Positions 19,129 through 28,939 are shown, numbered from the stretch's first letter. The stretch is DNA of 64,000 bases from Dehalococcoidia bacterium (GCA_030612025.1 JAUWOR010000001.1:64001-128000); one strand, 5' to 3'. Made by a program: numbers and translations. The notes: generated from the letters alone by a model not told the origin.

Positions 19129-19243
19129 GTCATTGCGAGCCCTTCGCTTCTTGTCATTCTGAGGGGTGAGCCGAAGCCTTGAGTATAGCGAAGGGAAAGC
19201 GACCGAAGAATCTCGCTCAGGACAGGCTCCGCAAAGCAATCTC
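19129..19243. repeat. Compound GTCATT-family palindromic repeat
   Basis: GTCATTGCGAG, GTCATTCTGAG, GAAGAATCTC and GCAATCTC modules. Confidence 0.8.
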
Positions 19244-19368
19244 GGAATCAAGGACAAGAGGATTAGCTTATCTCGCCAAGACTAAAGTCCTCAGCACACT
19301 TTCACCATAAAGCCTCCTGTAAGTATTTGATAAGTCAACATTAATCCAGTATAATCTTTATAAACCAG

Positions 19369-19500
19369 AGCCTGTTTAAAAATGTAGTTGCCCAATTTAT
19401 TGGGCTATTGTGCCTGATGAATCAGGCAACTACGAAAATTTGGGGGTGAAAACTCTCCAAAATGCCCAAAATTGAACGAGCAATCAAAATTAAACAGCCT
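19369..19500 (+). mobile_element. MITE-like element with REP doublet type A
   Basis: 132 nt, same architecture as 18017-18148. Confidence 0.8.
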
Positions 19501-19525
19501 AAAGAACAATAAAGGGGGGTGAGTA

Positions 19526-19804
19526 ATGGACAAGCTGTTAACTGTGGATGAAGTTGCTGAATACCTCAGGCTTAACCGAGAGACTGTTCTGCGCAAAGCT
19601 AGAAAGGGTGAAATCCCGGCAATTAAGATGGGCTATAGAAGCTATCGATTTCACCGAAACCAGATTGATGAATGGTTAAAGGCGAAGGCAGAAACAAAAA
19701 AAGTTAAGCCTCAATCCAAGGAAGTTAAGAAGATTAATTTGAAGACTTACCCTCTGGGGATTATAGGCGGATTAAGTCGAAGAGATATTTATGAAGGCAG
19801 ATGA
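19526..19804 (+). CDS. Excisionase-like HTH_17 protein, probable antitoxin
   Basis: LLTVDEVAEYL...GEIPAIK; C-terminal LSRRDIY overlaps the PIN gene. Confidence 0.8.
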   Translation: MDKLLTVDEVAEYLRLNRETVLRKARKGEIPAIKMGYRSYRFHRNQIDEWLKAKAETKKVKPQSKEVKKINLKTYPLGIIGGLSRRDIYEGR

Positions 19805-20246
19805 AATAGCCTTTATAGACACCAATATCCTAGTTTATGCATTAGATACGGAAAGTCCTTTCCACCTTAAAGCAATAGATTTTGTGAATAGAACTACCCA
19901 TGGCGAGTTGAAGATGGGAATTTGCCCTCAGGTGGTGGGGGAGTTATACGCCACGATAACAAATCCAAAGAAGGCATCTCACCCCCTATCACCAAGTGAA
20001 GCAATAGATGCCATCACACCCATCTGGGAAGCAGCAAACACTCAAAGAATATTTCCCAAGCAGGAGACCCTTGAGCTAACCCTCGACCTGGTCAAACGTT
20101 ACCAGTTGAAATCCCTGGACTTCTTTGATGCTCAGATAGTAGCCACCATGCTGGATAACGGGATAAGCACCATTTATACTGTGAATGAGCAAGACTTTGC
20201 TATATTTGAGGAGATAAAAGCAGTCAATCCATTTAAGCAGGCATAA
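19791..20246 (+). CDS. vapC: PIN/VapC toxin
   Basis: FIDTNILVY, FDAQIVATM, NEQDF. Confidence 0.88.
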   Translation: MKADEIAFIDTNILVYALDTESPFHLKAIDFVNRTTHGELKMGICPQVVGELYATITNPKKASHPLSPSEAIDAITPIWEAANTQRIFPKQETLELTLDLVKRYQLKSLDFFDAQIVATMLDNGISTIYTVNEQDFAIFEEIKAVNPFKQA

Positions 20247-20301
20247 CGAAACCCGCTTGGAGTAATGCCTTTTGAATTGCTCTAGATTGCGACCTAGTAC
20301 T

Positions 20302-20329
20302 GTCATTGCGAGCGGAGCGAAGCAATCTC
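20302..20329. repeat. GTCATT-family repeat
   Basis: GTCATTGCGAGCGGAGCGAAGCAATCTC. Confidence 0.8.
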
Positions 20330-20381
20330 GTGATTAAAGGGCAAGATAATATCTCTGTGTGGTGATAAAATATCCTCAAGG

Positions 20382-20690
20382 ATGAATAGCAAATCTCAAA
20401 GGTGGCAGCACCCCGGTGGTAAACTCCGCGAGCTTGGTGCAGAAAGTCTCTCCGACGCTGAGCTTTTAGCCTGCTTAATTTCTACCGGCATCCCGGGCAA
20501 GCCAGCGGAAAAGATTGCTGAGGAGATTTTGCAAAGGTTCGGCGGCTTCAAAGGAATGGCAAACCAGCCCTTAGAAAAGCTCCTGGATATCAAGGGACTT
20601 GGTGATACTAAGATCATCCGCATTGCCGCTGCCTTCGAAATCGCCCGACGCATTGTGAATGAGGTATTAAAGGAGCATGAGAACACTTAA
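20382..20690 (+). CDS. RadC/UPF0758 N-terminal HhH-only protein (no JAB domain)
   Basis: GAESLSDAELLA, IKGLGDTK, AAFEIARR; ends before the JAB domain. Confidence 0.85.
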   Translation: MNSKSQRWQHPGGKLRELGAESLSDAELLACLISTGIPGKPAEKIAEEILQRFGGFKGMANQPLEKLLDIKGLGDTKIIRIAAAFEIARRIVNEVLKEHENT

Positions 20691-21063
20691 TATAACCGAA
20701 CACGAACCTGGCAAGGACCTTGAAACAATTGCTTTAACAAAGCGAGAAAGGGAAGCCTTGAGAAACTTTGTGAAAAGGGTTCGCCAGAGCTTAGGAGAAA
20801 ACCTCGTCAACATCATCCTCTTTGGTTCTAAAGCAAGAGGAGAGGCGAAAAGGGGCTCCGACATTGACCTACTGGTGATAGTGCAGGAACGAAATCTGCC
20901 TACAGAAAAAATGGTTATAGCGCAGATTACTGAAACTGAACTCCACTACAATATTTACCGCCTTTCTCCCATAATCTATTCCGTCCGGGATTATGAGGAA
21001 CGCAAGAAGATAGGGACTCCCTTCATTTCAGAAATAGAAAGCGCTGGTGTGACGTTGGAATGA
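20677..21063 (+). CDS. MNT nucleotidyltransferase (antitoxin)
   Basis: LFGSKARG...SDIDLLV. Confidence 0.88.
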   Translation: MRTLNITEHEPGKDLETIALTKREREALRNFVKRVRQSLGENLVNIILFGSKARGEAKRGSDIDLLVIVQERNLPTEKMVIAQITETELHYNIYRLSPIIYSVRDYEERKKIGTPFISEIESAGVTLE

Positions 21064-21461
21064 ACACGAAAGAACTTATAACCAGGCGACTCAGCAGAGC
21101 CTATAAAAACTTGGAGGTGGCGAGGTCACTCCTTGCCGATGAGTTTTACGAGGATTCTGTTTCCAAGTCCTATTATGCCATCTTTTTCGCCGCAAAGGCT
21201 CTTCTCCTTACTAAAAATTTAGATCCTAAGAGACACTCAGGGGTTATTTCCTTCTTTAGCCAGTATTTTGTCAAAACCGGAGAGCTAGAAAAAGAGCTTG
21301 CTGCTATTCTTAAATTTGCGCAAAAGGAAAGGATAAGTGCCGATTACGACGAATTCTATTCTGCTTCAGTTGAAGAAGCAAAGATCCAATTGGAAAACGC
21401 CGAGAGGTTTCTACAACGGGTGAAAGAGATACTGCAAGAAAAAGGTTTTCCATACCCATGA
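21060..21461 (+). CDS. HEPN domain protein (MNT partner)
   Basis: SYYAIFFAAKALL, HSGVIS, RISADY. Confidence 0.88.
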   Translation: MNTKELITRRLSRAYKNLEVARSLLADEFYEDSVSKSYYAIFFAAKALLLTKNLDPKRHSGVISFFSQYFVKTGELEKELAAILKFAQKERISADYDEFYSASVEEAKIQLENAERFLQRVKEILQEKGFPYP

Positions 21462-24400
21462 AAAAGTCTAAGCTTAGTGAAAAACCATCACGAACCCCTG
21501 ACCTCTTTGAAGCCCAAAGAGTCTCAATCCTTAAGGATTACACTGAAGAGGTTTCTCGCTTGGGCTCAGAGTCAGCCAAAACCCAGAGGTTTCTCATACT
21601 CCTGAAAGACATATTTGGAGATGTGAACACCCGGTTCGTTGAGGATTACCTCCGCGGTGTCGAGAAATATGTGAAGAGCAAGGGAAAAGATATCGTGCTA
21701 AAAGGAAAAGTGGATAACCTCTATGGAAATCTCGTGATTGAATTTGAGAGGGATTTGAATAAGACACTCCCGGAAGCCAAAGAGCAGCTTCAAAGATATA
21801 TCGCTTGTCTTTGGTCTGAGGAAGCGGAAAGGAAGATAAACTACCTCTGCCTGGCAGCAGATGGGATAAACTTCCAAGTTTTCTCCCCTAAAACCGAAAA
21901 ACCTTTAACTGAGCCCTTACTCCCAAAAGACATCCTGCTGGAAAAGATTGACGAGCTCAAACTACCAACCCCAGAGCCTTACCAGGCATATTTCTGGCTG
22001 GATAGGTATCTCTTTAGAGAAAGAATCCTCCCGCCACGAACTGAGGAATTTGAACGAGACTTCGGCATGCGCAGCCCTGCCTTCCTCTTCTCCTTCCGAT
22101 TACTGAAGGAAGCGCTAAAGCAGGTGGAAGATAGAAGCGATTTCCAGGTCATCTATGAAAACTGGGAGAGATACCTCCGTGTTACCTACGGAAGCGTCAT
22201 TGGAAGTAAAGACCTCTTCCTCAGGCATACCTATTTGGCAACACTGGCAAAGTTGATTGCCTGGGCGCGACTTACTGAAAAGAGCCTAACTCCTCCAAGC
22301 GAGGAAATACTAAGCATACTGAACGGAGAGTTCTTCCGAGGACAGCGCATCGCCAATTTCCTTGAGGAAGATTTCTTCTCCTGGGTCACCCGGGAAGGTG
22401 CTGAGGCTATCGGGCTTGATATATCTAAAAAGCTCCTGAGCCTGCTCTTAAGATACAACCTGAAGGAGCTTTCCGAAGATGTCCTCAAGGCACTCTATCA
22501 GGAACTAGTTGACCCTGAAGCGCGTCACGATTTGGGAGAATATTACACTCCAGACTGGCTTGCCCATCGCATGGTGGAGAAGATCCTAGCTGAGAATCCC
22601 CGATACTCTGTTCTTGACCCTGCCTGTGGCTCGGGAACTTTCCTTTATATGACCATAAAGCAAAAGAGGAATATTTTGGGGAATTCCAGGGAAACGTTGG
22701 AGCATATCCTGGAAAATGTAGTAGGCATAGATATTCATCCCTTGGCAGTAATCATCTCCAAAACAAATTACCTGCTTGCCTTAGGCGACCTCTTCAAGAA
22801 GAGAAGAAAAGCCATCTCGCTTCCCCTCTATCTTGCCGATTCCATAAAACTTCCCCAAATGCAGGGGCAAATGGAGATGGGCGCATTGCTGCCCGGCTTC
22901 AAGTTAGAGATTGACGGCAAGCGAATCATAATCCCTGAAGTCCTCATCCATGACCCTCAGCTTTACGATGAAGCCATCGAGGTATCAAAGGAGTTCGCCC
23001 GGGATTTTGCTGGCAGGAAGGGAGAAGACAAGATCACATTTCTCAACTTTTTGGGGAAAGCATCCCCAAAAATAGCTTCCGATAAGGCTCTTTCCCTCGC
23101 CCTTTATAGTCTGGCTGTGGCAATGAAAGAACTCATAGAAGAAAGGCGAGACACCATCTGGGCTTTCATTCTCAAGAACCTGTATAAACCTTTGTTTCTC
23201 AAGGGAAATTTCGATGTGGTCTTGGGCAATCCTCCCTGGCTCTCTTACCGTTATGTGGAGAAGGGTGAATACCAGAAATTTCTCAAGCGGCAAATTGTGG
23301 AGGAATATACACTTCTCTCTGGCAAAGCAGAACTAATAACGCATATGGAACTGGCAACGCTTTTCTTCCTTAGAGCCGCTGACCTTTACCTTAAAGAGGG
23401 GGGAACTATCGGTTTCATTTTGCCCAGAAGCGTGTTCTCTGCTGACCAGCATTATAATTTCCGCCGTTCCTATTTTTCTCTCGACCTTGGCTTTGACAAT
23501 GTTTGGGACTTGGAAGAGGTAGAACCGTTGTTCAACGTTCCCGCCTGTGTCTTCTTCGGCAAAAAAGGAATTAAGACGAGATCCCCTTTGAAATGCCAGC
23601 GCTTCTCTGGAAAGATGGAACGTAAAAATTCTTCTTTGGAAGAGGCGGAACAGGCACTTACCGTTACTCCAGAGGAACTCTTTGTCACCCAGGTGGGGAA
23701 GCGGAGCTTTTTCACCACCTCCAAGAGAAAGCCCACCATCTCTGTGAGAAGTTTTTACCAACCTTATTTCAAGCAAGGTGCAACTATTGTTCCGCGCTCT
23801 CTCTGGTTTGTAGATGTAAAGTCACACCCTGTTTTTGGTTTCGACCCCTCGTTGCCTTATGTTTCCACCACAGAAAGAGCTCAAAAAGAGGCTAAGACAG
23901 CATATAAGGGTTTGAGGTTAGAAGGGAACATCGAGAAAGATTTTCTTTATGCCACTTTGTTATCCACTGACATTGTTCCCTTCGGCCATCTGGATTTCAG
24001 GCTGGTAGTTTTACCCCTCTTGCTTTCAGGCAAGCATTTCAAAGTTCTTAGTGCTGACGAAGCCCGTAACCAGGGATTTCTAAACCTGGCGAACTGGCTG
24101 GAAGAAGCTCAGTCCGAATGGAAGGAACGCCGGGGAGAAAAAGCAGAGAGAATGGATGTTCAAGAGTGGCTTGATTATAGAAGAAAGTTATCAGGTCAGA
24201 AAAGAGCACAATATAAAGTCCTTTATCCTACCTCTGCTACCTATCTGTGTGGCTGCGTGGTGGAGGACAAACCCATCAGCATTGAGGTGGAGGGACAGAG
24301 CGTTGAAATACAGGGGTTTGTGGCTGAATCGAAAGAGTACTATTTTGATACCGATATTAAGGAAGAAGCCCACTATTTAGCCGCAGTTCTCAACTCCCCC

Positions 24401-24727
24401 CTCGTGGACAAACTCTTGAAACCTATGCAGAGCCGTGGATTGTGGGGGCCCAGGGATATTCACAAAAAAGTTTTAGAAATTCCTATCCCTCAATACAATT
24501 CATCGGATGAAAATCACAAGGCGCTCTCCCAACTTGGCGAGCAATGCACCCAAAAGGTGGAGCACCTGCTCCCACAACTGGCAAAATCCCGCAGCATCGG
24601 CCACACCCGCAGACTAATAAAAGCCGAGTTAAAAGAGGAGCTCGCACAGATAGACAAGCTTGCGAAGCAAATCCTCCGTTCCAGCGAGGGTAGCAGGCAT
24701 GCTGCAAGTCAAAGGAGGGAGGTGTAA
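21458..24727 (+). CDS. Type IIG restriction-modification enzyme (fused endonuclease, N6-adenine MTase and TRD)
   Basis: GEYYTP, DPACGSGTF, GNPPW; N-terminal VDNLY...IEFE nuclease-like motif. Confidence 0.88.
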   Translation: MKKSKLSEKPSRTPDLFEAQRVSILKDYTEEVSRLGSESAKTQRFLILLKDIFGDVNTRFVEDYLRGVEKYVKSKGKDIVLKGKVDNLYGNLVIEFERDLNKTLPEAKEQLQRYIACLWSEEAERKINYLCLAADGINFQVFSPKTEKPLTEPLLPKDILLEKIDELKLPTPEPYQAYFWLDRYLFRERILPPRTEEFERDFGMRSPAFLFSFRLLKEALKQVEDRSDFQVIYENWERYLRVTYGSVIGSKDLFLRHTYLATLAKLIAWARLTEKSLTPPSEEILSILNGEFFRGQRIANFLEEDFFSWVTREGAEAIGLDISKKLLSLLLRYNLKELSEDVLKALYQELVDPEARHDLGEYYTPDWLAHRMVEKILAENPRYSVLDPACGSGTFLYMTIKQKRNILGNSRETLEHILENVVGIDIHPLAVIISKTNYLLALGDLFKKRRKAISLPLYLADSIKLPQMQGQMEMGALLPGFKLEIDGKRIIIPEVLIHDPQLYDEAIEVSKEFARDFAGRKGEDKITFLNFLGKASPKIASDKALSLALYSLAVAMKELIEERRDTIWAFILKNLYKPLFLKGNFDVVLGNPPWLSYRYVEKGEYQKFLKRQIVEEYTLLSGKAELITHMELATLFFLRAADLYLKEGGTIGFILPRSVFSADQHYNFRRSYFSLDLGFDNVWDLEEVEPLFNVPACVFFGKKGIKTRSPLKCQRFSGKMERKNSSLEEAEQALTVTPEELFVTQVGKRSFFTTSKRKPTISVRSFYQPYFKQGATIVPRSLWFVDVKSHPVFGFDPSLPYVSTTERAQKEAKTAYKGLRLEGNIEKDFLYATLLSTDIVPFGHLDFRLVVLPLLLSGKHFKVLSADEARNQGFLNLANWLEEAQSEWKERRGEKAERMDVQEWLDYRRKLSGQKRAQYKVLYPTSATYLCGCVVEDKPISIEVEGQSVEIQGFVAESKEYYFDTDIKEEAHYLAAVLNSPLVDKLLKPMQSRGLWGPRDIHKKVLEIPIPQYNSSDENHKALSQLGEQCTQKVEHLLPQLAKSRSIGHTRRLIKAELKEELAQIDKLAKQILRSSEGSRHAASQRREV

Positions 24728-24730
24728 GTT

Positions 24731-24970
24731 ATGGATATTATTCAAACCATCCGGGAGGGCGGAAGGACCCTGACTACTGTCCAAATTCAATATATTGACT
24801 CGAAGAGACAAACGACCATTAGAGAAACAGAACCCTACGAAATCAAAGAAGGAAAGTACTGGGGCTATTGCTATGTTCGCGGGGAAATCAGACAATTCAA
24901 GTTAGAGAATATTATTTCAGCGAGTTTGACCAGTCGAAAGTATAGCCCGCGTTTCCCGGTAAAACTGTGA
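24731..24970 (+). CDS. Stand-alone minimal WYL-domain protein
   Basis: IQYID...TIRETEPY...GYCYVRGEIRQFKLENI. Confidence 0.85.
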   Translation: MDIIQTIREGGRTLTTVQIQYIDSKRQTTIRETEPYEIKEGKYWGYCYVRGEIRQFKLENIISASLTSRKYSPRFPVKL

Positions 24971-24985
24971 TGAGAGTCTGCTAGG

Positions 24986-26968
24986 ATGATTATCAAAAAT
25001 GTCAGGGTCAGAAATTTCCGCTGTATTCGGGACGAGACTCTTGAGTGTGAGGACTTAACAGTGCTAGTTGGGCCAAATGGGTCGGGAAAATCCTCATTTT
25101 TGCGTGCTATTGACCTCTTTTACACGCTAGCAGCAAAGATAAGCGGAGAGGATTTCTATGCAAGAAACACGTCGCAGCCAATCATCATAACGGTTACCTT
25201 TATAGATTTGACAGACGCGGAGAAGCGTTTTTATAAGCCCTACTTGGAAAATGGCAGTTTAACCGTTGAAAAAGAAATTAGCTTTCCCGGGGGTAAGGGA
25301 AATGAAAAGTATTTTGGGTCGAGAATGTGTAATCCAGATTTTCGAGGGGTCCGAAGTGCAGACTCTGCTATCAGCAAGCGTGATGCTTACAATGAACTTC
25401 GCCAACAAGAACAGTATTCAGAACTTCCTACTGTCAGGAGGGCTGATGACATAGAACCTATCTTGGAAGAGTGGGAACGAAACCATCCTGATAAATGCCG
25501 AAGAATGCCTGACCCCAGACAGTTCTTTGGTTTTCGGGAGGTAGGGAGCGCAAGATTGGAGAGATTTACTGACTTCATCTTTGTTCCAGCTGTAAAGGAT
25601 GCAGCGGAAGATGCCTCAGAGGGGAGGAATAGCCCCCTAACACAGTTGATAGACCGAGTTGTGAGACAAGTTCTCCAGCAGAAGCCTGAATTAGAACAGT
25701 TCAGAACAGGTGCGCGAGAGAAATATAAGGAACTGATGGATGAGAAAAATCTACCTGAATTGCCTCAATTGGCTGACGACTTAACCAAGACTCTTCAAAC
25801 ATATGTGGCAGAGGCTCAAGTAAATCTTCGGTGGGAGGTTAGCGAACTTGATGTTCCTATCCCCCTTGCCTCTGCTATGCTAGTTGAAGATGATTTTGAG
25901 GGTGATGTTTCAAGGAAAGGCCATGGACTTCAGAGGGCTTTTATTTTAACTCTGCTACAGCATTTAGCTGTCATCAAAGGAATGGGGGAAATTGAGACGC
26001 AAGAAGGCGCTACTGGGCTAGCTGAGGACAATATGAAGGGGAAAGGCGGATTAGGTACAGCTCCCATTACTCCTAACCTGGTTATCGCAATAGAAGAGCC
26101 AGAACTCTATCAGCACCCCAATCGTCAGCGCCATCTTGCTAAGGTATTCCTTCAATTGTCTCATCCTGGATCAGACTTGGAGAGAGGCGGACGTATTCAG
26201 GTGATTTATTCAACGCACTCCCCCATTTTTGTCGGGAGCGAAAGAGTTGGTCAAATCCGACTTTTGCGAAAAGAGAGGTGTGAAGATAACCTACCTAAGG
26301 AAACAAGAGTTAAGTTCACGACAATGGCTCATATTGCCAAGAAGCTTGGGGAAGCTACAGCTAAACTTGCCACAGTGGCAAGTACCCAATCTAGGCTAGT
26401 AAGCATAATGAGCCCCTGGGTAAACGAAGGATTCTTTGCTGATATAGCTGTTTTAGTCGAAGGGGAGAGTGACAGGGCTGTCATCATGGAAGTGGCTAAG
26501 CAGATCGATGTGGATTTTGAAAAAATCGGAATATCTGTGATCCCAGTAATGGGGAAAACTAAATTGGATCGTCCTCATTTGATCTTCACCGAACTCGGTA
26601 TCTCAACCTATATCGTCTTTGATTGTGACAGGAGCAAGGGGGGAAATGGGAAGCCAGAGACCAATAAACTATTGCTAAAGCTATGCGGTCACCCCGAGGA
26701 GGAATTTCCAAAAACCAGTGTGAGAGAAAATATTGCTTGCTTTGAGGAAAATTTGCCGGCTACTTTGAGAGAAGAAATAGGTGATCAGCTTTACGAGCAG
26801 CTTCTTGGGCAATACAGCTTCGAATTAGGCTACAGTCCTCCTAAAGAAGGGGAGAAAAATCCTCTCGTTCTTAGCAACATCGTGGAGGAGGCCTATAAAA
26901 GGGGTAAAAAGACAAAGACACTAGAGGATATAGTGAAAACAATAGTTGCGCTTAAACGCGGTGGGTGA
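24986..26968 (+). CDS. OLD-family ATP-dependent nuclease (ABC ATPase plus TOPRIM)
   Basis: GPNGSGKS, GHGLQR, IEEPELYQHP, STHSP, VEGESD, FDCD. Confidence 0.92.
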   Translation: MIIKNVRVRNFRCIRDETLECEDLTVLVGPNGSGKSSFLRAIDLFYTLAAKISGEDFYARNTSQPIIITVTFIDLTDAEKRFYKPYLENGSLTVEKEISFPGGKGNEKYFGSRMCNPDFRGVRSADSAISKRDAYNELRQQEQYSELPTVRRADDIEPILEEWERNHPDKCRRMPDPRQFFGFREVGSARLERFTDFIFVPAVKDAAEDASEGRNSPLTQLIDRVVRQVLQQKPELEQFRTGAREKYKELMDEKNLPELPQLADDLTKTLQTYVAEAQVNLRWEVSELDVPIPLASAMLVEDDFEGDVSRKGHGLQRAFILTLLQHLAVIKGMGEIETQEGATGLAEDNMKGKGGLGTAPITPNLVIAIEEPELYQHPNRQRHLAKVFLQLSHPGSDLERGGRIQVIYSTHSPIFVGSERVGQIRLLRKERCEDNLPKETRVKFTTMAHIAKKLGEATAKLATVASTQSRLVSIMSPWVNEGFFADIAVLVEGESDRAVIMEVAKQIDVDFEKIGISVIPVMGKTKLDRPHLIFTELGISTYIVFDCDRSKGGNGKPETNKLLLKLCGHPEEEFPKTSVRENIACFEENLPATLREEIGDQLYEQLLGQYSFELGYSPPKEGEKNPLVLSNIVEEAYKRGKKTKTLEDIVKTIVALKRGG

Positions 26969-27048
26969 AGTGAAATACAATTGTATGGACTATACTGAAG
27001 TTGCCCTTTGCAAAGAAACCCTGGCGATGTGGGCAAAGCAAGAAGCAA

Positions 27049-27077
27049 TTGACAAATAATAGATAAATTGGTAGATT
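27049..27077 (+). promoter_or_regulatory. Sigma70-type promoter of the abrB-PIN pair
   Basis: TTGACA-17-TAGATT with extended TG. Confidence 0.65.
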
Positions 27078-27115
27078 TATAGAAATTCTAACTTTTGGAT
27101 ATATGGGCTTTTAAA

Positions 27116-27391
27116 ATGGCAAGACGGGTGAGCAAGGTTGTACGACCTCTGGCTAAGGGACAAATCACCATCCCTGCTGAATTCAGGCAAAAACTAGGCA
27201 TAGATGCCAATACGCTCCTGGATATCAGCTTGGTAGAAGGCAAGCTGGAAATCATCCCTATCAGAATAAGAAGAGCGGAACCTTTGCGTGAGTACACCGA
27301 TGATGATATCCAGCAGTTCCTGGAAGCTGACAAGATTGATGCACAGACGGCTGGTAAGGTAAAAGAGCTTTTATCCCAAGGAAAGATTTAG
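27116..27391 (+). CDS. AbrB/MazE family antitoxin
   Basis: KGQITIPAEFRQKLGI. Confidence 0.85.
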   Translation: MARRVSKVVRPLAKGQITIPAEFRQKLGIDANTLLDISLVEGKLEIIPIRIRRAEPLREYTDDDIQQFLEADKIDAQTAGKVKELLSQGKI

Positions 27392-27397
27392 CAAAGG

Positions 27398-27862
27398 TTG
27401 TTAAAAGAACAGGCTAAAGTATTTTTAGACGCTAGCATTTTCATGGCAGCAGTAAGATCTCCAAGCGGTGGTTCTGCTTTGGTGTTAGAGGTTTGCCGGG
27501 GTGGGAAATTCCGAGCCATAAGCACTAGGAAGGTCCTCTTAGAAGCTCAAAGGAATATTAAAAGGAAATTTTCCGAAGAGGAACTTATTAAGTTTTACCG
27601 AGAGATCGTGACCCTGAAACTGGAAACGACGGAACCGGCGATTGAAGAAGAGATTGCAGAATATTCCCAGCTCATTGAACAAAAGGATGCTCATGTTCTG
27701 GCTGCTGCTATTAAAAGTGGTGCAGCCTTCTTGATAACTTTAGGTCAAAAGCATTTTATGACCTATGTAATCAAACAGGCAAAATTACCAATCAGTATTC
27801 TAACTCCGGGGGAATTTTTGCGGGCATCTGCAAGATATGAGAAACAGGACGACCACTCCTGA
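27398..27862 (+). CDS. PIN-domain toxin, possibly inactive
   Basis: FLDASIF, KDAHVLAAA; ITLG where ITxD is expected. Confidence 0.82.
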   Translation: MLKEQAKVFLDASIFMAAVRSPSGGSALVLEVCRGGKFRAISTRKVLLEAQRNIKRKFSEEELIKFYREIVTLKLETTEPAIEEEIAEYSQLIEQKDAHVLAAAIKSGAAFLITLGQKHFMTYVIKQAKLPISILTPGEFLRASARYEKQDDHS

Positions 27863-27925
27863 GAAATAGGGTAAACTACCCAGGAAAATTAATAATCTTT
27901 ATAGCCTAAGTGAGGAGAAAGCCTA

Positions 27926-28789
27926 ATGCCTGAAGCAAAAGTAGGAATTATAGGCGGAACTGGCCTTTATAAGGTGGAGGGGATGACCGAAGTGAAGGAG
28001 GTGAAGCTGACCACACCGTTTGGTGAGCCCAGCGACGCCATCGTCCTGGGTAAGATTGAAGGGATAAGGGTCGCTTTTCTGCCCAGACATGGTAAAGGGC
28101 ATCGCCTAGGCCCTAGTGAGATGCCAGTTAAGGCCAATATTTATGCCTTAAAATCTTTAGGCGTCGAAAGGATTATCTCTGTGACCGCCGTGGGCAGCCT
28201 CAAGGAGGAAATCCTACCTCCGGATTTAGTTATCCCCGACCAGCTTATTGACCGCACCAAGGGCAGAGATAGCACTTTCTTCACTCATGGTGTAGTAGCT
28301 CACATCGCCTTTGCTGAGCCCTTCTGTCCGGTTTTGAGTCAAGTTTTGTTTGAGGCGGGCATTAAAGCAGAGGCGAAGGTACATAAAGGTGGCACATTTC
28401 TGGCTATGGAAGGGCCACAATTTTCCACCAAGGCTGAGTCACAGCTTTACCGCTCCTGGGGTGCTTGTATCATTAGCATGACTGCTTTGCCTGAAGCTAA
28501 ACTGGCCAGGGAAGCCGAAATATGCTATGCCGTACTTGCCATGGTCACCGACTGTGATTGCTGGCATCCAAGCTATGAATCAGTAACTACGGAGATGATT
28601 CTGGCTAATTTGCAAAAGGGCGTTGATACCGCCAAGGAAATCCTGAGGCTAACAATACCTGGTATCCCCCAGAAGCGAGATTGCATTTGTGCCGCTGCCC
28701 TTAAGGATGCTATTGCTACTGCGCCGGAATATATCCCAGAGAAGGCGAAAGAGGATTTAGCGTTACTGATTAAAAAATATATAAAATAG
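27926..28789 (+). CDS. mtnP: S-methyl-5'-thioadenosine phosphorylase
   Basis: GIIGGTG, PRHGKGH, EGPQFSTKAES, PEAKLAREA. Confidence 0.95.
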   Translation: MPEAKVGIIGGTGLYKVEGMTEVKEVKLTTPFGEPSDAIVLGKIEGIRVAFLPRHGKGHRLGPSEMPVKANIYALKSLGVERIISVTAVGSLKEEILPPDLVIPDQLIDRTKGRDSTFFTHGVVAHIAFAEPFCPVLSQVLFEAGIKAEAKVHKGGTFLAMEGPQFSTKAESQLYRSWGACIISMTALPEAKLAREAEICYAVLAMVTDCDCWHPSYESVTTEMILANLQKGVDTAKEILRLTIPGIPQKRDCICAAALKDAIATAPEYIPEKAKEDLALLIKKYIK

Positions 28790-28921
28790 AGGCCGTTTAA
28801 AAATGTAGTTGCCCAATTTATTGGGCGACTGTGCCTGATAAATCAGGCAACTACAAAAATTTGGGGGTGAAACACCTCTGAGATGGCTGAAATTGAACGG
28901 GGAATCAAAATTAAACGGCCT
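28790..28921 (+). mobile_element. MITE-like element with REP doublet type A
   Basis: 132 nt; TIR AGGCCGTTTAA/TTAAACGGCCT. Confidence 0.85.
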
Positions 28922-28939
28922 GAAAATAAAAAAGGAGGG

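Noticed and set aside
19060-19257. 65-aa minus-strand ORF and other ORFs spanning MITEs (17945, 28763, 31483, 51650)
   Set aside because: They are translations of palindromic repeats or antisense shadows of real genes.
19526-19804. Prophage or ICE excisionase
   Set aside because: No integrase or phage genes; it overlaps a PIN toxin like an antitoxin.
24986-26968. Gabija system
   Set aside because: No GajB/UvrD helicase is adjacent; the next genes are an AbrB-PIN pair with their own promoter.
27855-27875. Duplicate of the mtnA 3' end closing the 18-28 kb island
   Set aside because: Only a short CTGAG..GAAATAG similarity, compatible with chance.
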